Shown piece by piece: positions 10,691 through 19,600 of a stretch of DNA of 64,000 nucleotides (positions within the stretch are counted from its first letter, which is position 1; every line of letters starts with the position of its first letter). Source of the DNA: Candidatus Bathyarchaeota archaeon (GTDB lineage: Archaea > Thermoproteota > Bathyarchaeia > Bathyarchaeales > Bathycorpusculaceae); assembly GCA_963811105.1 (NCBI GenBank), contig CAWEPZ010000011.1, positions 1,344,001-1,408,000 on the forward strand, given 5' to 3'. The position numbers and the translations under genes were made by a program. The notes beneath the pieces were generated by a model. It ran no database searches, was not told where the DNA came from, and saw only the letters and a program-made list of their open reading frames with translations.

Positions 10691-10733
10691 AATGTTTTTC
10701 CAGCATTTTCTTAGCTTCTTTTTGCCTGAAGAC

Positions 10734-10755
10734 TTCGAGAGGAAACATAGGGGTG
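10734..10755 (+). promoter_or_regulatory. ORB element
   Basis: TTCGAGAGGAAACATAGGGGTG, inverted relative to the ORB at 10549. Confidence 0.8.
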
Positions 10756-10886
10756 CCTCTCCTAACTGATTGCAACGACAAATTCTTAAAAATAAGCTGC
10801 GATTAATCCCTTTTTAACCATAAACTTTCCAAGATTTAGTACCTGAAATCTTTAATGTTCTCTTTAATATTTTTGCCAATTTTTGG

Positions 10887-11186
10887 TTCACAAAATTGTG
10901 AATACATGTGAATTGGCATTAATTTTGTAGCTTATTTAGTTCCCATTTCTTTTAAATTACCTTGTTCTTGTCTCTTGACAGTGAATGAGGCACCCCTACG
11001 CTTCTACTGGAAAAGCGAAAGCAGGCAGTAACAGCAATTTTCTTGCTGTTCTGATTTCTTGTGAAGTCGGTTATAGTGAACAGAATGATAATTGTGCCGA
11101 TTCTTATGAAATAAGCTTGCTATTTAGCTTTACAGTTTTCCTATTTCACCATAACAGCTATAAGCTGTGAAGTGTAAACCTGTGAA
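10887..11186. repeat. GTGAA/TTCAC repeat array A
   Basis: 9 copies counted by eye (10887, 10898, 10908, 10981, 11061, 11076, 11145, 11167, 11182), including the inverted repeat TTCACA-AAAT-TGTGAA at 10887-10902. Confidence 0.7.
10991..11012 (-). promoter_or_regulatory. ORB element
   Basis: Minus strand reads TTCCAGTAGAAGCGTAGGGGTG and shares the extended flank TAGGGGTGCCTC with the ORB at 10734. Confidence 0.85.
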
Positions 11187-11204
11187 CACCGCCTAAGGTG
11201 CACA

Positions 11205-11636
11205 TTGATGCCAGCTCGTAAAATACGTGTGGAGCTGTTCGATAGCGATGGCAATCGATACACTATTGCTTTTGAGGGACAAGTGACGCGCGATAAAGCT
11301 TTACGGCTTTTAGATCTTGTCGAATTACTAGGCGGAGTACCGGGTGAGGAATCAAATTCAGGAATAATGTCTTCTTTGCCGAATCGTGTTCTTACACGCT
11401 TCGAGAAGGTTCAGCTTGTGATTCAGAAAAGTTTTCCATTAATTTGGTTCTCTTCAAAAGATATTCAGTCAATTTATGAGCAGGACCTTAAAGAACCAGT
11501 TAGCCTTAGCACAGTTTCCACTTATCTTTCGAGGATGGCAACCAAAGGGCTGCTTTTAAGGACAGGTGGCTCAAACAATTTAAGATATAAAACCATAAAC
11601 ATTCCTCAAGCTACAATTAAACAAAGCACAAAGTAG
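11205..11636 (+). CDS. Uncharacterised origin-adjacent winged-helix protein
   Basis: N-terminal beta/alpha domain (RKIRVELFDSDGNRYTIAFEG), a linker, and a C-terminal wHTH (FSSKDIQSIYEQDLKEPVSLSTVSTYLSRMATKGLLLR...YK). Confidence 0.75.
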   Translation: MMPARKIRVELFDSDGNRYTIAFEGQVTRDKALRLLDLVELLGGVPGEESNSGIMSSLPNRVLTRFEKVQLVIQKSFPLIWFSSKDIQSIYEQDLKEPVSLSTVSTYLSRMATKGLLLRTGGSNNLRYKTINIPQATIKQSTK

Positions 11637-11690
11637 ATTGCTTTACTATGTTGCGAAGCATTGGCCATCCATTTACGTTTCCGTATCCGA

Positions 11691-12425
11691 TTAGGTTGGC
11701 TGGCTGTTTTCCGGCTTCCTTAATAGTTTTTCCATTTCTTTCTTTATGCTATATCTGAATGGTATTTTACCTATTTCTCTTTCCAAGTAGCCCTTTTCAT
11801 AAAGTTTCTTCATTAGTCTTGCCGTGTGTTCCCTGCTAAGATGCACTCTGTCTTTAATTTCAGGTGCTGTCTTTGGACCCTCTGAAGATAACATTTCCAA
11901 TACTGCAATTTCGGTATCTGTTAATGCAGCCATTGCTTTATCACGTTTGATTGGCATGACGGGTTCAATTTTAATTTCAGGGGCAGCAACAAACTTTTGA
12001 ATTTGTTCTTCAAAACCTATAACTTTAACTCTCAACGTTTCCTGCGAACCTTCAATATCTTTAATTTTAGATTCCAAACCCGTTAAACTCGAAAGAATAG
12101 TCGTCATGCTATTGGATAAGTCAAGTTTACCTTGAGAAAAAGAGTTAACTTGATCCCCTATTGGCGCCATCTTCTTTTCAACGGCTTCTATTTTTTTGAG
12201 GCTTGTGTCAACTTTAGCCGAGTTTCCTTCAACTTCAAATGCTATTAGCTCTATTCTGTCTGCATCACGCCTAAGCTCTCTGTTAAAACTTAATACAATA
12301 TCCTCCACAATATTCTTCGATTTCTCATATTCTTTCTGTGCTCTACGTACTATTCTATAATACTCAACTGATGATGCAACAGTCACAACGAGCAAGGAAC
12401 CTAATAGGATATCTATAAAGTCAAT
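11691..12425 (-). CDS. Membrane-anchored coiled-coil protein with C-terminal winged-helix DNA-binding domain
   Basis: N-terminal hydrophobic helix, long heptad-rich region and C-terminal wHTH (LTDTEIAVLEMLSSEGPKTAPEIKDRVHLSREHTARLMKKLYEKGYLER...PFRY). The first canonical start is TTG 12395, but the frame is open to ~12443 and the full TM needs a start near ATT 12425. Confidence 0.72.
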   Translation of the reverse strand: MDFIDILLGSLLVVTVASSVEYYRIVRRAQKEYEKSKNIVEDIVLSFNRELRRDADRIELIAFEVEGNSAKVDTSLKKIEAVEKKMAPIGDQVNSFSQGKLDLSNSMTTILSSLTGLESKIKDIEGSQETLRVKVIGFEEQIQKFVAAPEIKIEPVMPIKRDKAMAALTDTEIAVLEMLSSEGPKTAPEIKDRVHLSREHTARLMKKLYEKGYLEREIGKIPFRYSIKKEMEKLLRKPENSQPT

Positions 12426-12426
12426 C

Positions 12427-12716
12427 GTGATTTTCGCCCCTGTGATTCATGCGTGATACGATGCGTTGCATCACACATCACAGTTCCCATGGACTTTTTA
12501 AGGTTTGCGGTGACATCAATTCACGTTAGCCATGATATCACACATCACATCAATAAACATTTTATTTGACCTATAAGAATGAGCCTTCTGATACTCTTTG
12601 ATTTAGGCTTATTTTGTAAATTGAAGCTCATATATGACATACCAACTATCGTGTTTGATGCTTCCAATTCATGGTAATGAACAGACCGATTATAGTGTGA
12701 TTTGTGACATCACAAA
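12427..12716. repeat. GTGAT/ATCAC repeat array B
   Basis: 9 GTGAT/ATCAC plus 2 GTGAC. Includes the 13-bp direct repeat ATCACACATCACA (12470-12482, 12537-12549) and the inverted repeat TTTGTGA-CA-TCACAAA (12701-12716). Confidence 0.8.
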
Positions 12717-13189
12717 CTCTCATCCGATGGGCTGGAAAGTCGTTTTAAGCTTGTTTCAAGCTCCTCTCGAATGATTTCTATGACCTTTACACGGTCTTTT
12801 AGCTCTCCTTCCCTTTCAGGTATATCGTGGTGTGCCTCCACATATTCGTGCAATTTATTGGCTATTTCGAGATACGGGTCAAGAGTTGTACTGTCGAACA
12901 CACCTAAATAGCCAAGAAGTAGTACTGTATAAATGGATTTTATTACGTTTTCTTTAGACTGTCTTAACGTCCTATTAAAGGCTCCGCGGCTTATTTTAGC
13001 CTTGGTTAGCCGCAAATTGGCTTTTTCATCATATTTAAGCTGTTTGCCTGCCATGCTCTCAGCTAAAACGTCAATTAACAATGTTTCAAGCTGTGTTTTT
13101 GTTAATTGGCTATTTTTTGAGAGTATTTTCACAATGGGGTCGCTTAAAGCTCTATTTAGCCAAGCTTGAACACTGTCTTTAAGCTTCAA
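12710..13189 (-). CDS. Uncharacterised HTH protein (HTH_10/sigma region-4-like)
   Basis: LTKTQLETLL...YDEKANLRLTKAKISRGAFNRTLRQSKENV resembles the LTxxQ...ISRxAxxxxLRxA HTH pattern. The likely start is TTG 13189 after GGAG (the ORF track gives 13273). Confidence 0.65.
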   Translation of the reverse strand: MKLKDSVQAWLNRALSDPIVKILSKNSQLTKTQLETLLIDVLAESMAGKQLKYDEKANLRLTKAKISRGAFNRTLRQSKENVIKSIYTVLLLGYLGVFDSTTLDPYLEIANKLHEYVEAHHDIPEREGELKDRVKVIEIIREELETSLKRLSSPSDESL

Positions 13190-13566
13190 ATCGCTCGGTT
13201 CTCCGTTATACAGAATGGATACGGTTTTGTATACTGACCCTATGTTTTTAAGCCTTTTCCAAGCAAATATCACTCTTTCACAAGTAATTAAAACCTGTTG
13301 CCTTTGTCAGAGACGGAAAAGAGGGTAGAATCTGATTCCTTTCAGCCTTTGGGCAGAGAAGAGGCCGATTTACAATTATCTATCAAACGCATTGAACCTC
13401 CACACATGACCTTCGTAAAGACTTTAAATAAATAGTTAAACTTCAGCAAGCTATTTTACCTTCTATGATATTACGTTAGTGTAGTTTTCTTGATATATGG
13501 CTTTAAACAAACTTTTTGAGGTTTAATGCTATTCTTTTGCTTTAAATAATGAAGCAGGATTCATTA

Positions 13567-13670
13567 ATATCATAGTTTTGTGATATCACTTGTCACGGAA
13601 AAATCACGGTAATTCATTAGAAAAACCTTGATATCACAGTTTTGTGACCAACTTGTGATCCTTATGTGAT
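13567..13670. repeat. GTGAT/GTGAC repeat array C
   Basis: 8 copies in ~90 bp, the palindrome GTGATATCAC (13580-13589), and a 16/17 direct repeat ATATCAYAGTTTTGTGA (13567-13583, 13631-13647). Confidence 0.8.
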
Positions 13671-13692
13671 ATGAGTTTTTATGCAGTGGTAT

Positions 13693-14526
13693 TCAAAGTT
13701 GCTCCGAGTACTCTTTTAGTTTATCATAGAGTTCAGGTCGTAAATCCCTTAATGTTGGAATGAAAGTCTCTGCGGTTCTAAGATCGTTGTAGTCCACTTC
13801 ACAAATTAGAAAGTCCTCTTCATCGTATTTACCTTTGGCAAGGACATCTCCATTAGGGTTGACCAGCCTGCTACCTCCCCAGAACTGCAAGCCATCCTGA
13901 ACCCCGGCAAGATTAACGTAGGCTACATACGTTGTATTTTCTATCGCTCTGGCACAAGTTAAAGTTTCAAAATAGCTCCTACGCACTGCAGGAGATGCTG
14001 ATATACAGACGATTAATTGTGCACCCTTCAAGCGCGTGAGCCTGAGCACTTCTGGGAAAAATATGTCATAGCAAATGCATAGACCAATGCTACCAATACT
14101 CGTTTGGAAAGAGGCTACTTCATATCCTGGACGGAAATACCTTTTTTCTTCAAACACGCTATGGGTTGGCAAAAACATTTTACGGTATTTACCAATAAAC
14201 CCTTGAGGTCCGACAAAGACAGCTGTATTAAAGACAGTTGCCTTGGTTTTCTGGCTTAACTCAGGCATTCCAAAAATAATATGCATCCCAGTTCTCTTTG
14301 CTAGAGACTCTACTCTTTCAACTGTTGGTCCAGGCACAGTTTCTGCCAACTCATAGAATTGATCTCTTATCAAATAACCTGTTAATGCCATTTCAGGAAA
14401 AATAGCTAGATCTGCTCCCTGCTCCTTAGCTTTTAAAGTTAAGTTCTCAATTTTCTGCAGATTTGCCTCTTTTTTTTCTCGTTTACTGCTTATTTGGGCA
14501 AGTGCAAGTATGATCCTATCTTTCAT
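13693..14526 (-). CDS. Carbon-nitrogen hydrolase (nitrilase family), probable glutaminase partner of NadE
   Basis: E-K-C triad in FPEMAL, YRKMFL and ICYDIFFPE. Likely start is ATG 14526, directly downstream of nadE. Confidence 0.88.
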   Translation of the reverse strand: MKDRIILALAQISSKREKKEANLQKIENLTLKAKEQGADLAIFPEMALTGYLIRDQFYELAETVPGPTVERVESLAKRTGMHIIFGMPELSQKTKATVFNTAVFVGPQGFIGKYRKMFLPTHSVFEEKRYFRPGYEVASFQTSIGSIGLCICYDIFFPEVLRLTRLKGAQLIVCISASPAVRRSYFETLTCARAIENTTYVAYVNLAGVQDGLQFWGGSRLVNPNGDVLAKGKYDEEDFLICEVDYNDLRTAETFIPTLRDLRPELYDKLKEYSEQL

Positions 14527-14539
14527 CTTTTTTCCCACT

Positions 14540-15400
14540 TTAATAGGCATGCCTTGGAAGCCTAAAATCATTTCCTACGGTTCGGAAGCCAATTTTAGGC
14601 GCAAGTGGCATTCGTCTTTTGTGCTCATTTGCGAGCCACCTATTTTTAACTTTGTCAACAATAGGCATCTTAATGCTTAGTTGGTAGGCAATTTCTTGAG
14701 TGGTCATAAACCGCTCTAATCCATAAAGAATCAGGTCCAAAGTTTCGTACTTAATGCCTAACTCGTTCTCTGCCATCTGGTTAGGCCAAAGAGCCGGTGT
14801 TGACGGTTTTAATGCAAGCGCTTCTGGGATTCCTAGATGGAGTGCAAGTTTCCGAACCTGAGTTTTGTATAAATCCATGATTGGGGTAATGTCTGCGGCG
14901 GCGTCTCCCCATTTGGTGAAGTAACCCATCATTGTTTCTGACTTGTCTGAGCTTCCGCAAACGATTCGGTTAAGTTTGTTGGCATAATAATAGAGGTAAA
15001 TCATTCGTGTTCTCGCTTTAATATTTCCTTTGCAAAGCCTGTTTGAAGACTCAAAAACTGGAATTGACTTGTATATGGCTTCTAATGAAGTTGACATGTC
15101 GCAGATTTGGGTTTTGAGTTTGAATTTGTCAGCGACTAATTTTGCATCATCAATATCTTTTTGGCTGAAGTTTTCTTCTTCTGGAAGCATAAGACCTATT
15201 ACGTTATCTCCTCCTATAGCGAGGCTTGAAAGTGCTGCAGTTGTTCCGCTGTCGATTCCTCCAGATAGTCCTAGCACAATTCCTTTTGCCCCTGCATTTT
15301 CAACGTATTCTTTAATGAAACGGCTAATTCTTTTTTCGGCTTCAGAAAAATCTATGTTTAACACAGAGGGCGTTAAATTCACTTGGCTCACGAGCTTCAT
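14540..15400 (-). CDS. nadE: NAD+ synthetase (single-domain)
   Basis: Motifs GLSGGIDS, GNIKARTRM, GYFTKWGD, DLYKTQV and KPSTPAL. Confidence 0.93.
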   Translation of the reverse strand: MKLVSQVNLTPSVLNIDFSEAEKRISRFIKEYVENAGAKGIVLGLSGGIDSGTTAALSSLAIGGDNVIGLMLPEEENFSQKDIDDAKLVADKFKLKTQICDMSTSLEAIYKSIPVFESSNRLCKGNIKARTRMIYLYYYANKLNRIVCGSSDKSETMMGYFTKWGDAAADITPIMDLYKTQVRKLALHLGIPEALALKPSTPALWPNQMAENELGIKYETLDLILYGLERFMTTQEIAYQLSIKMPIVDKVKNRWLANEHKRRMPLAPKIGFRTVGNDFRLPRHAY

Positions 15401-15480
15401 ATTCTTGGTTTGTAGGCAAGTATTTAAGGACAAGGATAAATATTAAATGAACATTACCATCGTTTAGAAGGTTGTTATGA

Positions 15481-15747
15481 TTGGGGCGAAGAAGGAAGAA
15501 AGTTGTTCATATTCCTAAGAAACGTTTACCTAAGTTCTTCTCTTGCCCTAGATGTGGAAAAGAAACAATAAAAGTTGAAATATTCAGAGATGATGGTCAT
15601 GCCCTTGCGCAATGCAGTAGCTGCGGTCTTAAGGAAGAATTTCCAATTAGACCTGCTCAGGGCGAAGTCGACATTTACTGCATGCTAACTGACCGAGTTT
15701 ATGGTTCCACGAAAAGAACGCCTGTAACAAACGTTAAAAAAGAGTAA
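15481..15747 (+). CDS. elf1: Transcription elongation factor Elf1-like
   Basis: Basic N-terminus MGRRRKK, FSCPRCG and CSSCG zinc ribbon, VDIYC. Confidence 0.85.
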   Translation: MGRRRKKVVHIPKKRLPKFFSCPRCGKETIKVEIFRDDGHALAQCSSCGLKEEFPIRPAQGEVDIYCMLTDRVYGSTKRTPVTNVKKE

Positions 15748-15763
15748 TCGAAGGATATTTGCC

Positions 15764-16516
15764 ATGCAAGGGCCTACAGAAAAGTACTTACTTGAGAAAA
15801 TAAAAACCGAAGGTTCCATCCACTTAACTCTGATAGACCCCGAAGAAGTATCAGTTACTCAAGCTTCTCGGATTGCTGAAAACTCTCAAAAAAGTGGAAC
15901 AGCAGCCATAATGATTGGAGGCTCAACTTTTGCATCTCAAGCTCACCTTGATGACGTGGTAAAAGCCATCAAGTTTTCAGTAAGAATTCCTACAATATTA
16001 TTTCCAAATAATATAACTGGTATAAGCAGTTATGCAGATGCTATATGGTTCATGTCGCTTCTGAATTCTGTGGATCCCTATTTTCTTATGGGCGCTCAAA
16101 TTCTTGGAGCCCCTCTAGTCAAAAAGTATGGCATAGAACCGATTTCTATGGGCTATATAATTGTTGGTGAAGGTGGCACTGCAGGCATTGTCGGGAAAGC
16201 GATTTCAGTGCCTTATACTAAGCCTGAACTTGCAGCTGCTCATGCCCTTGCTGGTCAATATCTTGGGATGCGCTTCATTTATTTGGAAGGCGGTTCTGGC
16301 GCCACAAATCCAGTGCCGCCTGAAATGATTCGAGCAGTCAAACATTTGCTTGATATTCCGCTTATCGTAGGTGGCGGAATTAGAACTAAAGAGCAAGCTT
16401 TAGCTGCAGTATCTGCAGGAGCCGACATAATCGTTACTGGTAACGTTACAGAAAATAATGATGCAAAACAACGGATTACTGAAATCGTTGAAGCAATAAG
16501 AAGCATTAAGGCTTAA
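15764..16516 (+). CDS. Geranylgeranylglyceryl phosphate synthase
   Basis: Motifs HLTLIDP, IMIGGS, LFP, YLEGGSGA and VGGGIR. Confidence 0.92.
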   Translation: MQGPTEKYLLEKIKTEGSIHLTLIDPEEVSVTQASRIAENSQKSGTAAIMIGGSTFASQAHLDDVVKAIKFSVRIPTILFPNNITGISSYADAIWFMSLLNSVDPYFLMGAQILGAPLVKKYGIEPISMGYIIVGEGGTAGIVGKAISVPYTKPELAAAHALAGQYLGMRFIYLEGGSGATNPVPPEMIRAVKHLLDIPLIVGGGIRTKEQALAAVSAGADIIVTGNVTENNDAKQRITEIVEAIRSIKA

Positions 16517-16605
16517 TGCTATCTATTTTTGCTCGCCATTTCTGTTTGTTTTCTAGAAAGCCAAAATAACCTATTACTCTATATCTTGTCAAGGGAAGTT
16601 GCGCT

Positions 16606-19600
16606 TTGAACATCAGCAAAGGCTATCAAAAATACGTGGAAACAATGGAAAACACGCTGAAGCAATTGTATGCCATAAGCGACAGCGCAAGGTCAGAAGG
16701 CTTGGATCCAGCTTTAAAAACAGAATGCATTATCGCTCAAGACATTGCTGACTTAGTTGAAGGCCTTGTGGGTCCAAAGGAAGTGGCACACAGCATCAGG
16801 GAATTGAGCACTAAAATTCAGAGAGAAGAAATCGCTTTTAAAGTTGCTGAAGAAATTGTTTTAGGCAAATTCGGTTCTCTGGATCCTGAAAGGGCTGCTG
16901 AACAGGCGATTCGGACTGCTCTTGCTATTTTCACTGAAGGTTTAACCGCAGCGCCAATACAGGGCATAGCTCAGGTCAAAATAAAAACTAATGCTGACCG
17001 AACCCGCTATTTGGCTATTTATTTTGCTGGACCGATACGTTCGGCAGGTGGAACAGACCAAGCTTTGACGCTTGTCGTGGGTGATTTCGTTCGCAAGCAG
17101 TTAGGTTTAGATAGATATAAGCCGACAGATGAAGAGGTTTCTCGTTTTATCGAGGAATTAAGGTTATATGAGCGGTCTGTTGGCCGTTTTCAATATCACA
17201 TTCCCGATGAAGAATTAAAAAAGGCGCTTAATCTAATTCCAGTCGAATGCACTGGTACAGAATCCGATCCCGTGGAAGTTTCCTCGTACAGGAACCTGCC
17301 TAGGGTAGAAACTAACCGTGTAAGGGGTGGAGCGCTCCGAGTAGTTAATGATGGCATCGTTGGACGGGCACAAAAAGTCTATGTAATTATTGACAAAATT
17401 GGTTTCCAAGGTTGGGATTGGTTAAGAGATTTCAAAAAGAAATCTGAAAAGAAATCGGGCGGCTTTATGGATGATGTTATTGCTGGGCGACCAATTTTCG
17501 CTTTCCCTTCAAGGCGTGGGGGCTTCAGGTTAAGGTATGGTAGATCACGGAATACGGGTTTATCAGCAGTCGGTATTCATCCTGCTACAATGTATGTGCT
17601 TGAAAGTTTTCTTGCGGCTGGAACCCAAATGCGTTTGGAGCTTCCAGGAAAAGGCTGTGTTACCCTCCCTGTGGATAGTATTGAGCCCCCTGTTGTTCTG
17701 CTAAAGGATAACTCAGTTGTCAAGGTAACCCTTGAAAATTTTAGTGAAGTTAAAGGCAAAATTCAAAAAATTCTTTTCTTAGGTGACATTCTAATTAGTT
17801 TTGGCGACTTTCTTTACTCTAACAAAACTCTTCCACCATCGGGATACGTTGAAGAATGGTGGGCTAAAGACCTTCAGGTTGCGCTTAATGAGAAATTTGG
17901 GTTAGATTACCAGAAAGCAGCAGAGACCATTAAAGTTTCTTTTGAAAGCCTCCTAGGGTTCTTGAATAATCCTTTTAGCAATAAGCCTACATTTAAAGAA
18001 GCTCTGCTTCTAAGCCAGTATTTAGCTGTTCCTTTACACCCGAATTTTACATTCTTTTGGTCTAGCTTATCCTCTGTCCAAGAGCTTGAGATTCTGCAAC
18101 AATGGTTGGCCTCTTGCAAAGTTCATACTGAAGGAGATCTCGTTTTCAAGATTTCAGGCCAAAACAATGAAGAGGCGGTAAAGTTACTTAGGCGAATTCT
18201 GGCGCCACATAAGCTTGCTGATAACAAGGTTTTGCTTGAAGGTCAAGACGCTGCCGCTTTGGCTTATTGTCTTGGTTACAATGGTACAAAAACAGTTGAT
18301 TGCGTTGCGGCTCCTAATGTATTGGCTGCAGTTAGTTTGATTTCTGGAGTGCAAATTAAAGATAAAGCCCCAACCTTTGTTGGCGGTCGCATGGGAAGAC
18401 CCGAGAAGGCTAAACATAGGGAAATGAAGCCTCTTGTACACGTCCTTTTTCCAGTGTCCCTGGCAGGTGGCACACATAGGGATCTTTTAGAGGCGGCAAA
18501 ACAAGGTCCTGTGTTTGTCCAGATGGTTAAGAGGAAGTGTCCTAACTGCAAAAACTTCACTTCAAAGGTAAAATGCTCCGTTTGTGGCTGTGATACAATT
18601 ACAGAAAAAAGTTGTCCCCGTTGCGGTAGGACTCTTAAGGATATTAGTTGTCCAACTTGTAAAACAGACGCTGTTCAATATCAGCGACAACCAGTGAACT
18701 TCAAAGAAATGGTTGATACCGCATGTAAGTTACTATGTTATCCTCCTCCAAAAATGCTGAGGGGTGTTAAAGGCTTAACCAACCTCGATAAAACTCCTGA
18801 AATTGTGGAAAAAGGGATTTTGCGAGCTAAATATGGTTTATCGGTTTATAAAGATGGTACAATTCGCTTTGATGCCACAAATGCTCCGTTAACCCATTTT
18901 ACGCCAATTGAGATCGGAGTATCGGTTGAAAAAATAAGGCAGCTAGGCTACTGTTGCGATACGCACGGAGTAAAACTTACTGATTCCACACAGGTTTGTG
19001 AGTTAAAAGTTCAAGACATTGTTATTCCGTGGAAAGCAGGAGAATACTTTATTCAAATAGCAGCTTTCATCGACGATTTGCTTGTAAGAGTTTACAAACT
19101 TCCAGCTTACTATAACGTTAAGAGACCTGAGGATCTTGTTGGCCATTTAGTTTTTGGTTTAGCTCCCCACACTTGCGCTTGCATTTTAGGGCGTGTGGTC
19201 GGTTATACAGACCGTAACGTGATTTATGCTCATCCTATTTGGCACTCAGCTAAACGCAGAGACTGTGACGGTGACGAAGATGCTATCATGCTGGCTTTGG
19301 ATACACTTCTAAACTTTTCCCGAGTGTTCTTGCCAGCCCAAATAGGGGGAATCATGGACGCTCCAATCCTCTTAATTCCTTTTGTTAACACCAAGGAAGT
19401 ACAAAGGCAAGCCCATGATTTTGACGTTGACGCAACTTACCCACTTGAGTTTTACCAGAAAACCTGCGATAAGGGAGAGGCTAGAATCGTTAGCTCAATA
19501 ATGGATGTCATCAGTCACAGGCTTGGAACAGAAGCACAGTTTGAAGGCTTCCAATACACCACTCCTGTGACGAACATTAACCTCGGCAACGCTAACAGCT

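Larger units (their letters stand above)
10429..11012. other. Replication origin (oriC): ORB elements flanking an AT-rich DUE
   Basis: Intergenic region upstream of cdc6 with four ORB-like boxes (10429-10449, 10549-10570, 10734-10755, 10991-11012) and a very AT-rich stretch at ~10600-10690. Confidence 0.88.

Noticed and set aside
10985-11170. 61-aa ORF in the origin region
   Set aside because: Overlaps an ORB and repeat array A and has no protein-like features; probably spurious.
13308-13328. Weak ORB-like CAGAGACGGAAAAGAGGGTAG
   Set aside because: Lacks the TCCA half-site and is too degenerate to call.
12427-13670. Repeat arrays as a CRISPR array
   Set aside because: Units are 5-17 bp, irregularly spaced and in both orientations. 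There are no 24-40 bp repeats with unique spacers and no cas genes.
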